63,792 nucleotides of DNA, filler included, from Chiloscyllium plagiosum (GCF_004010195.1; 6 parts of one record of this genome joined end to end with filler, not necessarily neighbours in it), one strand, 5' to 3'. Numbered from the whole stretch's first letter, positions 49,051 to 62,600 are shown. Numbers and translations: made by a program. Notes: generated from the letters alone by a model not told the origin.

Positions 49051-49395
49051 AGCTGAAAATGTGTTGCTGGAAAAGCGCAGCAGGTCAGGCAGCATCCAGG
49101 GAACAGGAGAATCGACATTTCGGGCATAAGCCCTTCTTCAGGAATGAGGAAAGTGTGTCCAGCAGGCTAAGATNNNNNNNNNNNNNNNNNNNNNNNNNNN
49201 NNNNNNNNNNNNNNNNNTTAATTAATTAANNNNNNNNNNNNNNNNNNNNNNNNNNNNNNNNNNNNNNNNNNNNAGAAGGGCTTTGCCCGAAACGTCGATT
49301 CTCCTGTTCCCTGGATGCTGCCTGACCTGCTGCGCTTTTCCAGTAACACATTTCCAGCTCTGAACTCCAGCATCTGCAGACCTCACTTTCTCCTC
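49051..49395. mobile_element. Two opposed Penelope LTRs flanking a gap, each with a hammerhead core
   Basis: (-) ATTC-CTGAAGA-AGGGCTTATGCCC-GAAATGTC-GATTC at 49109-49145; (+) ...GA-AGGGCTTTGCCC-GAAACGTC-GATTC at 49275-49301. Confidence 0.8.
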
Positions 49396-50400
49396 TCATT
49401 TCCAATAAGAGACAATCTAACAAATGCCACTTGACATTCATTGCCATTATCATCACTGAATTCCCCATTATAAACATCTTGGGGTTACCATTGATCAAAA
49501 AATCAAGTGGACTCACCTCATAAACAGAACGGCTACAAGAACAGGTCAGGGCCTTGAAATACTGTTGTGAGAAACCTACCTCCTCAATCCCAAAGCCTGT
49601 CCACCATCTATAAGGCACAAGTCAAAGTGTGATTGAATATGCCGAGTGGCCTGGATGAGTGCAGCTCCAGCAACACTCAAGAAGCTTGATAACATCCAGG
49701 ACAAAGCAGCATGCTTGATTGGCATAACATGCGTAAACAACTACTCTCTTCTACACCAATACCCATGAGCACCAGTGTGTACTATCTGCAAGATGCAGTG
49801 CTGAAATTCACCAAAGATCTTTAGATAACATCTTCCACACACATGACCATTTCCATTTGGAAGGACAAGGGCAACACATACATGGGAACACCACAATCTA
49901 CAAGTTCTCCTTCAAGCCACTCACTATATGGACTTGGAATATATTGTCATTCCTTCACTGTCTCTGGGTTAAAATGCTGGAATTCCCTCCCTAAGGGCAT
50001 TATTGGTCAACCTACAGTATGTTGGCTGCAATAGTTCAAGAAGACAGTGCACCAACATCTTCTTAAGGGCAACTAGGAATGGGCAATCAATGCTTGCCAG
50101 TCAGTGACACCCACATCCCATGGGTGAATAAAGAAGATGTTCAATTTATGGCCAATGGTAACCCCCTCCATATTGTTAATGGGGGATTCAGTAATGACAA
50201 TACCATTGAATGTCAAGGAGCGATGATTAGATTGTCTCTTATTGGATGTGGCCATTGAATGGCATTTCTGTGGTGTGAATGATTTTTGCCATTCTTTGGG
50301 CCAAGCCTGGAGATTGTCCACGAATTGTTGCAATTGGACAAGAACTGTCTCAGCACCTGAGGAGCCAGAAAAAGTGCTGAACATTGTGCATTGGACTTCA
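49395..50400. mobile_element. Old L2/CR1-group LINE 3' fragments in opposite orientations
   Basis: INILGLPLIK..., STIYKAQV.S.IEY motifs; 50130-50400 is reverse-complement related to 49400-49500. Confidence 0.6.
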
Positions 50401-52439
50401 GCACAACATTACAGACTGTCAACCATATTTGGATGGCATTGTGTTGTTAGCACTCAAGACATTCAGCTCTTAGTTAAAGGCTGACAGTCTCCATACCTCT
50501 CATTACACACAGCACAAAAGGGAAAGGCATGCAGCTTGTGATACTGGACAGCAATGGGCAGCAAATGTATTAGCCAAACAATTGTATCAGTCCTGGGGAC
50601 GACTTCTTACTGTATAGCACTGTGCTATGAAACTACAGCACCTACCAGATGATTACACAGCAAGCACACTACACGTGTTTTTAACAAATGGCCATAGCTG
50701 AAAATCTAAACAGAAGCATCCTTAATGCATCAAGGAGGACCACAGTCAGTCAGGGCATACTGTCACAGTGCATCAAAGTGCTCATCGTATTCCAGTCCAA
50801 TAGGTTGGCCATGTTCAGTCAAATACTTGTTTCTCCATGAATGCAGGGATCTGTGCCTTCCAGTTGTGGGATTGGTCACAGTCAGTCTTGCAGGTCAAGT
50901 CCAAGCCATATAAGGGATTATAGGTCGTTCAGTTGGAGTGCTATTGAGACATCAGACAAGAGGGTGAGTCATAGTCAGTTGAGTCTGTCCTGCCAGGTTA
51001 ATCTGGGGAGAGGTGGGCTTGGTCATTAATGAATAAGACATAGCCCATGGACTCCAGGGGAAAACAGACAACTCAAATCTGGGGATGAGCTTCATTGTCC
51101 TGGGTCACTGAGGGAATGGTGACAGTAATAGGAGGTAATCGCAGATAGTAGGGTGGGAATCTCAGAGTTAATGAGAGGGGACTGGAAGGTTTGGAGAGGA
51201 GTTTAAACAGACCGTGGTAACTCTTTTCCATATGTGGGGAGGGTTTAGGGCCATGAGAATTTACAAAATGATGGGGTCTGAGGGTATTGTGGGCACATTA
51301 ATAATGATGTAAAGAGGCTCAATTGAAACAGGAGGAAATGAAAAATCATTGGTGCCACAGGGGCAGCAGCACAAAAGGGAAAATAAAGAATGGGATGAAA
51401 TTGCTGCATCACAGGTACAGTCTGCAAGTCACTCAAACTGAAATGAAGTTGGAACTTTGCCATGGTGAATCGAAAGCACAATAACTTCACAAAATAGCGG
51501 CAACCACACGCAAGACAGTTGGGCTAAATTACTGTATTTTCCTTGGGACATTGAAGTAAAAAGTGTTGACTTCAATGCAACTACAGTTATCATGCCTTCA
51601 TTGATCAAGAAATGCCATCCATCTAGCTTCAGTTTGCACTTTATCAGCAGGTCATTTTTTGCTCAAGACTGCAGATTCAAAATTATGGCTTCACGTTACA
51701 TTGTGGGCACTTGTCATGTCGCATGAACAAGTCTCATGGCAACAATAAACTTAAAGGTGGAACCTGAAGCTCTGATTTTCCAACCACATTCCAAAGTAAG
51801 CTTTGGAAGACAATGTATCACAGTTGCCAAATTCTCATATTGAAGTATGCAAGGATACTAGTCTGTGTTATGGAAAGGAGCTTTTATGGTAGCCTGTTCA
51901 CAGTAATTTATAATATGAATCCTTTGGTTGCACACCACACAATTAGACAAGATCACATAGTTCAGAGCTCCTTATTGAGACATGGGTCTATTAGCTCCTT
52001 GAGAAACCTCTAATTCACACGGTGCAAGGGCATAACACAATGCTTCACTTTTTGGATCCTAATCTATGGCAAGGACAGTCAAACAGGTTGGGGAGTGGGA
52101 TTTTCATCGTTGCTGACTTCCTGTATATGCAGGACACTATAAACTGCACTCATGTTGCTTTGAGAACAATGACAGATGGACATATTCTTTTTTTAAAAAG
52201 ACATACTTCTGCAGTCCATGACCTTTTGTTTTACTGAGGACTCAGGAGTTTCTTTAATGGATTTCCTTTGCAATTTCCTTGACATTCCCACAGATAATTT
52301 GGTCACAGAGCTCATGTGGAGAACATCATTATTCGAGACAATGTGGCCTTGATGATTCAGTGAAGAAAATGCTGAAACACTGAAGGTGACCATACATGGA
52401 CAGTGTCAGCAAGCCCAGCAAGAACAGCATCTTGTAGCT

Positions 52440-52995
52440 GCTGCTGCTGCTATACAGTTTCCACAGAGAGATGAATTGGTTGAAAATTCATCAAGGAGGT
52501 GCAGCATTATGGTGTATCGACCTCTCTGCAATTTATTCAACTCTCTGAGAAACAGTTCCTGTGACTATTAAGGATATCCTGGCCCATCATCACCCAACTG
52601 TGTCCTCTGCTGGAGGTGGATTTGCACCCAGAAAGACTGGGTGGTAATCCCATCCAGTGACCATCAAGATCACAGCTGCTCTGAATTTTTATACTAGTTG
52701 CTTCTTTCAAGAAGCAGCTGGAGACCTTTGAAGCATCCATCCAATTGTTGACCTGTAACTGCATCTGGGATGTTACTGATGGCATTTTTGGCAGAGCCAA
52801 ACTCTTCACCTCCTACCCTCTATAGCAAGGAAGGTCAAACAGCTCAGAGAGTGGGATTCTCCACCATTTCTGGATTCCTCTACATGCAGGGTGCAATGAA
52901 CTGCATTCATATTGCTTATAAAACAATATCAGATGGACATATTCTTTTTTAAAAAACATTCTTTTGCAGTCCTTGACTCTTTGTTTCCCTGAGTA
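52440..52995 (+). pseudogene. Harbinger/PIF (HARBI1-like) transposase fossil
   Basis: PVTIKITAALNFYTSCFFQ..GDL...CIWDVTDGIF...GFSTISGFLYMQGAMNCIHI matches the ALRFYATGSFQ...GD...GFP.V.GAIDCTHI pattern. Confidence 0.65.
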
Positions 52996-53152
52996 AATAT
53001 CATATTAGCTATCCAATTGTATGCTTGATATCTTAAAGTATCTACACATAAACTGCCTTACATAAGCATTAAGGAAAAAGCAGCTTTGAGACAGTTCACT
53101 GACTTGCATGGTGCTAAGGTTATGTTGCTTTTAAAGCATCTGGCAGAATGTC

Positions 53153-53397
53153 ACATAGAGTCATAGAGATGTACAGCATAGAGTCAAACAGATGTACAAC
53201 CCGTCCATGCCGACCAGCTATCCCAACCCAATCTAGTCCCACCTGCCAGCGCCTGTCCCATATCCCTCCAAACCCTTCCTATTCATATACCCATCCAAAT
53301 GCCTCTTAAATGTTGCAATTGTACCAGCCTCCACCACTTCCTCTGGCAGCTCATTCCATTACATACCACCGTCTGAATGAAAAAGTTGCCCCTTAGG
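53153..53397 (-). mobile_element. HER1/CR1 3' tail fragment
   Basis: Reverse complement of the 38330-38556 tail. Confidence 0.85.
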
Positions 53398-54772
53398 ACA
53401 TTTGAGAGTTGCACAGTGAAGTCCCTTATGTTAGCCAGCAGGTTGAAGAATCTCCTTTTGACCTTTCCAACATCAGTGACCTTCCATGCTTCAGAGTGCA
53501 GATATATTGAAAGGTTGCCTTGAAATATTTGAGCACCCTCTAAGACAATGTCAAACCTGTGAGAGGCAATTCCTTGTACAACTTATCCCAACAGACCCGT
53601 GCTAAGGTAGAGTGAGCATGTTGTGTCATGGTGAAATTTGAATTTAATAAAAATCTGGAATCTAATGACAACAATAGAATTTTCATGAAAAGAAGCTGTC
53701 CATTTCATTAATGTCGTTCAAAAAAGGAAATATGCCATGCTTACCTGCTCTGACTTACTTGTGGCTTCAGTACCGTAGCAATCTGTTTGACTCTTAACGG
53801 GTGAAGACGAATTACTTCTCATGGAGAGTCTTGAACCTGTGGAATTCTTTCCCCAGAGGACTGGGGTGGTTGTGTCAATAAGTTTGGCAGATTTCTTACC
53901 AAGAGTATCAAGATTTAAGGGGAAAAGGCAGATAAGTAGAATTGAGGGTCGTCAGGTCAGGCACAATCTCGTTGGAAGATAAAGCAGACTTGATGGGCCA
54001 AGTGCTCGACTTCTGCTCCTACAGCTTTTGGTCTTATTTGCAACAATCCTTAGCCAAAAGAGCTGAGTTGATTATCCATCTCCTCCTGAGGCTCCCAGCG
54101 CCACAACTGCCAGACTTCAACCCATTTGATTCACTCCACATGACATCAAGTAACTGAAGATTTTGGAAACTGCAAAGACAATGTGCTTACAACTTCTAGC
54201 AACTGTGCTGAAGATTTCTGATCCAGAACAAGCCAACCCATGGTCAATGCGTTCCAGTACAGCTATAAGACTGGACTCTCCGTGGCAATATGGAAAATTA
54301 CCCAGTAATGTCCTGTGCAGAAAAAAGGAGGACAAAGCCAATTTGCTAAATTACCACTCTATTAATCTACTGTCTGTCAGCACCAAAGTGATGAAAGAAT
54401 CATTAAAAGAGCTATCAAACAGCAATTGCAAAGGAAAACCCTCTTCACTGGTGTTCAGTTGGCTTCCACCAGAGCTATTCAATTCATTACAGCTTTGATT
54501 CAAACTTGAAAAAAAGAACTGAACACGAGGGGAGTTGAGAATGACTGCCCCTGACATCAAGGCAGCCCATGTGGTATCGAAGCTTCCGAGCAAATCTAGA
54601 GTCAATGGGAATTGGTGGAAACCTCTCTGCTGGTTGGACTCATACCTAGCACAAAAGAAGATGGTTTTGGCNNNNNNNNNNNNNNNNNNNNNNNNNNNNN
54701 NNNNNNNNNNNNNNNTTAATTAATTAANNNNNNNNNNNNNNNNNNNNNNNNNNNNNNNNNNNNNNNNNNNNC

Positions 54773-55010
54773 CTATCACCTTCATCCCCTCCCCCACTGA
54801 CCTATTTTACTCTATGCTACTTTCTCCCCACCCCCACCCTCGTCTAGCTTATCTCTCCACGCTTCAGGCTCTCTGCCTTTATTCCTGATGAAGGGCTTTT
54901 GCCCGAAATGGCGATTTCGCTGCTACTTGGATGTTGCCTGAACTGCTGTGCTCTTCCAGCACCACTAATCCAGAATCTGATATCCAACATCTGCAGTCAT
55001 TGTTTTTACC
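54773..55010 (+). mobile_element. Penelope LTR with a hammerhead-like core at 54881-54916
   Basis: ATTC-CTGATGA-AGGGCTTTTGCCC-GAAA-TGGC-GATT. Confidence 0.75.
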
Positions 55011-55011
55011 C

Positions 55012-57440
55012 CTGTGGTAGGGGACCATCTAGTCCAAGGTACAGACAGACCTTTCTGTGGCCAGCAGTGAAAAATCAGAATGGTGTGTTGCTTCCCTGGT
55101 GCCAAGATCAAGGATGTCTCAGAGAGCATGCAGAATGTTCTCAAGGGGGAGAGGGACCAGCAAGAGGTCATTGTCCACATTGGAACCAACAACTTAGGAA
55201 GGGAAAAGGTTGAGATTCTGAAGGGAGATTACAGAGGGTTAGGCAGGAATTTAAAAAGGAGGTCTTCGAGAGTAGTAATATCTGGATTACTCCCAGTGCT
55301 ACGAGCTAGTAAGGGCAGGAATAGGAGGATAGAGCAGATGAATGCATGGCTGAGGCAGAGACAAGATAGGACAAATAAATTAAAGGGGCCTAACAGGGAA
55401 GGCAGATGAACTCAGGGAATGGTTAGGAACATGGGACTGGGATATCAGAGCAATTACAGAAACATGGCTCAGGGATGGACAGGACTGGCAGCTTAATGTT
55501 CCAAGATACAAATGCTACAGGAAGGATAAAAAGGAAGGCAAGAAAGGAAGAAGAGTGGTGTTTTTGATAAGGGATAGCATTACAGGTGTATTGAGGGAAG
55601 ATATTCCCGGGAATACATCCCAGGAGGTTATTTGGATGGAATTGAGAAAGAAGAAAAGGATGATCACCTTATTGGGATTGTATTATAGACCCCCTAATAG
55701 TCAGAGGGAAATTGAGAAACAAATTTGTAAGGAGATCTCAGCTATCTGTAAGAATAATAGGGTGGTTATGGTAGGGGATTTTAACTTTCCAAACATAGAC
55801 TGGGACTGCCATAGTGTTAAGAGTTTAGATGGAGACGGATTTGTTCAGTGTGTACAAGAAAAGTTTCTGATTCAGTATGTGGATGTACCTACTACAGAAG
55901 GTGCAAATCCTGACCTACTCTTAGGAAATAAGGCAGGGCAGACGACTGAGGTGTCAGTGGGGAAGCACTTTGGGGCCAGTGACCATAATTCTATTAGATT
56001 TAAAATAGTGTTGGAAAAAGATAGACCAGATCTAAAAGTTGAAGTTCTAAGTTGGAGGAAGGCCAATTTTCATGGTATTAAGCAAGAACTTTCGAAAGCT
56101 GATTGGGGGCAGGTTCTTGGGTAAAGGGATGGCTTGAAAACGGGAAGCCTTCAGAAATTAAATAACAAAAATCCAGAGAAAGTATATTCCTGTTAGGGTG
56201 AAAGGAAAGGCTGGTAGGTATAAGGAATGCTGGATGACTAAAGAAATTGAAGGTTTGGTTAAGGAAAAGAAGGAAGCAAATGTCAGGTGTAGACAGCATA
56301 GATCGAGTGAATCCTTACAGTATAAAGGCAGTAGGAGTATACTTAAGAGGGAAATCAGGAGAGCAAAAAGGAGACATTAGATAGCTTTGGCGAATAGAAT
56401 TAAGGAGAATCCAAAGGGTTTTTATGAATACATTAAGGACAAAAGGGTAACTAGGGAGAGAATAGGGCCCCTCAAAGATCAGCAAGACGGCCTTTGTGTG
56501 GAGCCGCAGAAAATGGGGGAGATACTAAATGAGTATTTTGCATTAGTATTTAATGTGGAAAAGGACATGGAAGATATAGAATGTAGAGAAATAGATGGTG
56601 ACATGTTGAAAAATGTCCATATTACAGAGGAGGAAGTGCTGTATGTCTTGAAACGCATAAAAGTGGATATATCCCCAGGACCTGTTGCTGAACAAAGAGA
56701 CCTTGGAGTGCAGGTTCATCACTCCTTGAAAGTGGAGTCACAGGTGGACAAGATAGTGAAGAAGGTGGTATGCTTTCTTTTATTGGTCAGGGTATTGTGT
56801 ATAGGAGTTGGGAGGTCATGTTGCAGCTGTACAGGGCATTGGTTAGGCCACTGTTGGAATATTGTACAGGGCATTGGTTAGGCCACTGTTGGAATATTCC
56901 ATGCAATTCTGGTCTCCTTCCTATCGGAAAGATGTTGTGAAACTTGAAAGGATTCAGAAAAGATTTACAAGGATGTTGCCAGAGTTGGAGGATTTGAGTT
57001 ATAGGGAGAGGTTGATCAGATTGGAGCTGTTTTCCCTAGAGTGTCAGAGGCTGAAAGGCTTACAGAGGCTTACAAAATTATGAGGGGCATGGATAGGATA
57101 AATAAACAAAGTCTTTTCCCTGGGGAGGGGGAGTCCAGAACTAGAGGGCATAGGTTTAGGGTGAGAGGGGAAAGATATAAAAGAGACCTAAGGGGAAACC
57201 TTTTCACGCAGAGGGTGGTACGTGTATGGAATGAGCTGCCAGTGGAAGTGATAGAGACTGGTACAATTACAACATTTAAAAGCCATTTGGATGGGTATAT
57301 GAATAGGAAGGATTTGGAAGGATATGGGCCAGGTGCTGGCAGGTGGGACTAGATTGAGTTGGGATATCTGATCGGCATGGACGGGTTTGACCGAAGGGTC
57401 TGTTTCCGTGCTATACATCTCTATGACTCTATGACACTAT
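55012..57440 (+). mobile_element. HER1/CR1 LINE with ORF1 esterase, endonuclease and 3' end but a deleted RT core
   Basis: VHIGTNN (SGNH), YYRPPN, GDFNFPNIDW and SDHN motifs; junction DISPGP|VAEQRDLGV at ~56682; ctctatgac tail. Confidence 0.9.
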
Positions 57441-57459
57441 AACCCAGGGCCATGCCCCT

Positions 57460-59270
57460 GTTTGTTTTACCAAAATGCATTGTCTCGCATTTATCCAAAT
57501 TAAATTCTGTCACTCATTGACCCAATTGATCAAGCTCTCTTTGTAATCTTAGATAGCCTTCTTCACTGTCCACTTTTCCACCAATTTCGGTGTCATCCAC
57601 AAACTTACTAACCACGCCTCCCATTTTATCATCCAAATCATTTATATGAATGACAAATAAAAGTGGACCTGGTACCAATGCCTGTGCAACACCACTGGTC
57701 ACAGACCTTCAGTCTGAAAAACAACCATCACTTTGTTTCCTACTGTCAAGCCAATTTGTATCCAATTGGCAAGCTCACCCTAAATCCCATCTGATCTAAC
57801 CTTAATAATTATGCAGACTTTACTGAAGTCCGAGTAAACAATAACTATTGCTCTGTCTTCAATCTTTTTGATTACTTCCTCAAAAACTTTAATCAAGTTT
57901 GTGTGACACAATTTCTCTCACACAAAACCATGATGATTACCCTTGATCATTCTTTGCCTCTCCAATTGCATATGAATTCTATCTTTCAGAACCACCTCTA
58001 ACAAATTATCCAGCTCTGATGTTAGACCTCACAGGTCTACAGTTCCCAGGCTTCACCTTACAGCCTTGTTTAAATAAAGACACATTAACCACATTCCAGT
58101 CGTCTGCAACCTAACCATTGTAGATGATACAAATATCTCTACTCAGGGCCTGAAATCTCCACACAATGTCAGGGTATTGGTGATCTGTTTTTGGTTATTC
58201 CAGGCCCAAGCAGGTCATTGAACAGCATAACTCTGCCACCAGCCTAGTGTATCACACTCTCTTTTATGCCACTTGAAGGGTTTTCCCACTCCTGAGGGTC
58301 CTCTTTAAATGCACTACAAATTTTCATTGGTCAGCACTATGTTCCTCTTTCACCAGCTGATACCCATTTTACTGCCATTCTGTTACAGTGCATATCCTGG
58401 AATTTGTGAAGTCACTGGAAGACTGGTTCAGCCTTTTGCTGAATTCTGCATGAACATTGACCATTATGTTATCTTCCTGAACATTGTGATTCTGTGTTAG
58501 GGATATGGTCAGCAAATTTAGCTATCTTGGAAGCAACATCTCCAAGGAAGGTGATGTACAGATCTGTGTGTATACATGACCCCAACACCATTATTTCTTG
58601 TCCTGTGTGGTAGCCTTAGTGGCACCTTATACTACATCAATTGGTAACCCTTCACCCTGCCTGTTACATCCTCAAAAAGCTCTAATACATTTGTCAAATA
58701 GGAGGTCCTTTTCATAAGAGAATGCTGACTTTGCTTGATTGAATTACAATTTTTGAAGGATCCTGCTATTGATTTCTTAATTATGGATTTAGCATTTCCC
58801 AGCATGGATAACTGGCCGTGTTCTGTTACCTTCATTTCTTCCATAGAGCTGTTGTATTTGCTCCTTTCCAATCTGCTGGGGCCATCTCCGCATATGGGTA
58901 CTTTTAGAAGATGTTAACCAATTCTATCTTTGCATTAAATTCTTTTAAGACCCTAGAATACAGGCCATCAGGTCCAGGAGACTTGTCAGTCTTCACTTTG
59001 AACTTGATTGGTTTTCTTCGTATATTTTTTCCCATGGATGTGATTGTTTTAAGTACCTTCATCCCTCATGTCCTGATGTTCTACTAAATTTGAATCACTT
59101 TAATATATTCTGCCGTATGGAAGACAAAATATTTCTTCAGAGTTTCTGCCATTTCTTCATTTCATACGATTGATTCCAGACTCATCTTCTAAGAAATAAA
59201 TATTTACTTTAGCAATTCTCTTTCTTCCTTCTGCATCTGTAGAAGTTCGTACTGTCTGCTTTTTCTATTC
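57460..59270 (-). mobile_element. Older CR1 RT fragments
   Basis: SGVAQA..GPLLFVIHINDLD..FVDDT and SQHSLMKRTSYLTN motifs. Confidence 0.7.
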
Positions 59271-60084
59271 ACTCATGGAACGTGGGCATCGTTGGCTGGT
59301 CAGCATTTATTGCCCATCTCTCATTGCCCTTGAGAAGATGGTGCTAAGTTGCTTTCTCGAACTGCTGCAGTCAATGTGCTATAAGTAGACCCACAACACT
59401 CTTAGGGAGGGAATTTATATTTCTCATTTTCTTATCTCTTACGTTCCTTTCCAGGCACAACATGTGCACTCTCACCCACTTACCCACCCTCCAGTCTCCC
59501 CCATCCCCAATCCAGAGAGTCAGATGCTCAGATGAAACAGTGATTCAGTGTATTTCTTACAATTTAGTATGGCCTATTCACTACTCATAATGTTATCTGT
59601 GCTACACCAGAAGACCAAATAACAGATGGAGAGAACACTTTACTAATTATGTCCAATTAATCTCCAAGCAGGGTCACCTGATGTTTCAATTCTCAGTCCT
59701 ACTCCATTCTTGACATTTTATAATGTCCCAATGACATCCAAGAAAAGCTCAAGAAACAGTACCTCAATTTTTCAATTCGACATTTTCTAATTTTTTGAAT
59801 TCATGAATGAATTCATCAATTTCAAATCACAGCCTTTGTTTTTGGAAAGCAGGTACAAGCAGTGCCTCTTTTAACATTACTTGTATATAATTTAAGTGCA
59901 ATTTTCACTTCTTCGATTCCCCCATTAACACCAAGTCTTGTGTTTCACCATCATTCTTTTTGTCATGTTATCACTCCTTCCTTCCACCTTTTCAGAGACC
60001 TTCCTTTTGTTTGATCTCATGCTTTTCTATGCCTCTGTACTCATTTTAAATGTTATATTTCTTAACTTTTTCCACTTTTTACAA

Positions 60085-60547
60085 TAGAACATAGAACACA
60101 GAACAATACGGCATGGAACAGGCCCTTCAGCCCACGATGTTGTGCCGGACATTTGTCCTAGCGTAAGCACCCATCCATGTACCTATCCAATTGCCGCTTA
60201 AAGGTCACCAAAGATTCTGACTCTACCACTCCCACAGGCAGCAAATTCCATGCCCCCACCACTCTCTGGGTAAAGAACCCACCCCCGACATCTCCCCTAT
60301 ACCTTCCACTCTTCACCTTAAATTTATGTCCCCTTGTAACACTCTGTTGTACCCAGGGAAAAAGTTTCTGACTGTCTACTCTATCTATTCCTCTGATCAT
60401 TTTATAAACCTCTATCAAGTCACCCCTCATCCTTCGCCGTTCCAACGAGAAAAGGCCGAGAACTCTCAACCTATCCTCGTACGACTTCCTCTCCATTCCA
60501 GGCAACATCCTGGTAAATCTTCTCTGCACCCTCTCCAAAGCATCCAC
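60085..60547 (-). mobile_element. CR1 3' end
   Basis: ORF 60158-60547 (LERVQRRFTRMLPG...FFTQRVV); (TTCTATG)n tail. Confidence 0.9.
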
Positions 60548-60692
60548 NNNNNNNNNNNNNNNNNNNNNNNNNNNNNNNNNNNNNNNNNNNNTTAATTAAT
60601 TAANNNNNNNNNNNNNNNNNNNNNNNNNNNNNNNNNNNNNNNNNNNNATGCCGGAGGAAACACCACAAAAGCGCTTCACAGGAGGCTCCCAA

Positions 60693-60732
60693 GCACTGAG
60701 GATGTCACCTAGACAGGGGACGAAATGTTTGC
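60693..60732 (+). ncRNA. Hammerhead motif of a further Penelope-like family
   Basis: GCA-CUGAGGA-U-GUCaCCU-AGAC-AGGgGAC-GAAA-UGUU-UGC: both core boxes, a different stem II, 3-bp stem I. Confidence 0.65.
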
Positions 60733-61299
60733 AACAAAAATTTCCAGCTCAGCGAACAGAACCACAATAACTAATGCTTATTTAGGAAATGTAAATTTTA
60801 AGTCTTTCCCAGGCTTGGGGAGGGATAATCAAGTTTTTACTGGACAACAGCCGAAACTAGTTGACTAACTAACTGGCCTAAACAGGTTTTATAAATTCCA
60901 GACAGTAGATTCATTTTCATCTCAGCAATATAAAGACAGGTGAAGTGGAGCAGAGTGCAGATCTGCAAGGAATTTATGAGTAAGGGAGTTAGGAGAGGAA
61001 AGTGCTCTTTTCTATATCTATCTTTGACAGCCTCCAGGTACATTGGAGTTATAAAGCCTCACAAGTGGTGACAGAGAAATAGAGGGCATCCAGCTTTGTG
61101 AAACCTTCCAGGAACAGTCACAGACAAATTTAAAAACTACGTCATAGGGAAACTGATAAGTATCTGGGTGGTGAGTATTTTGCTCCCTTATCTTATTTAG
61201 AAAACTCTAGCAGAAAGGAACTAAGAAGTCATATTGTAAGAAAAAAAACTTAAGCGTCTACAGTTATTAGAAGGTACATGTTTTTACTAGTATTGTAAT

Positions 61300-62600
61300 G
61301 ATTACATGCAGTGCTAAACCTTATGGGAGGTATAAGGTTCATTAATTTGGAATTACTAGCAGCACAGGCTGCACATGCAGAATGTGCAAGCTTCTGGATA
61401 CCAGCATGATCCAGTGTAAAAATGGTTGTGGCTGTAGAAAATTTATCTCAGAGCTATTGAGTCAGAAGCTGAGCTTCAGAAGCCATGGCATACTCGAGAG
61501 AGGGAAAGTTACTGGATACTTTATTCCAGATAAAAGTCGCAGCTCTTTGAATAATATCTTCTGATTCGATCAACGTTCAAGAACAGGACAGTGTAACTGT
61601 GACTGAGGCAGCTAAGGGGACCCAAGTATCAGGAGTGTCACAATCTCAATCTTTGCAATTGTCCAACAGGCTTGTTGTTTCTCCAGTTTGATTGGCTGAG
61701 GATGAGGTCTATAGGGTGGATAAGCTAATTGACCATTGCAATGTAGTACAGGTAGCCATTCAAGGAATGTAGTGGTAGTAGGGAACAGTATACTGAGAGA
61801 TATTGACATTTCTTTGGAGCAAAGAACACAGGTCTAATAGCAATGTTGTCTGCCCAGGTCTAGAATTCTGCTGTAGATTTGAGAAGAACTTGGAATGGAG
61901 GGGGAGAATCGAGTGATTGTGGTCCATGTTTGATACCAAAAGCATGGTAGAACAATGAAAGAGTTTCTGCTGAGAGAGTTCAAAATTAAAAATGATACTA
62001 GGTTATAGTCCAACAGTTTTAGTTGGAAGCACTAGTTTTCGGAGCACTGCTCCCTCATCTGTTGAGGGAGTATGACAAGTCAGGCACTAAACTAAAAGGC
62101 AGAATCTCACAATTGATACTCTTTGAGGTACAAGCTGAACCATCACAAATTGACATGATGTGAATAACATTACAGAAATGATTGTGCGGTAAATGACTGA
62201 TGTAGCGGAAAAGTAAGTTCCTGTGCATGGGGTGTTAGTCCCAGTAACAGGAAATAGTGGAATCTCTATTGGCTGAATAGTCTACACCTGAACTGTGTTG
62301 GAATTGATGTTCCAGTGTGCTACACATCTCTAATGGAAGTAAGACTCTAAACTAAGCAGTAGAATCTTTAGTAGCAGCTTTGGTAAATGTAACAAATCAA
62401 GAGGTAAGATTGAGACGGCAGCGCAAAATAATATGGAAAATGAAGGAATAAAGAAAGAAAGCATCTTAAGAATGCACCAAAAATCCATACTAGAAATGAC
62501 CAAGGTAACAGAGAGACAAAATTAAATGTTTTGATCTGAATGCAAGTTGCATTCAAAGTCAACAAATTCATAGTACATCATGTGTATGCATCCAAAACTA
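61300..62600 (+). mobile_element. Highly decayed CR1 5' region (ORF1)
   Basis: VVVVGNSILRDID and CLP..., VVHV.T esterase-like remnants. Confidence 0.45.

Noticed and set aside
50570..50930. Possible - strand Harbinger transposase C-terminal remnant
   Set aside because: Motif resemblance is too degraded to support without a profile search.
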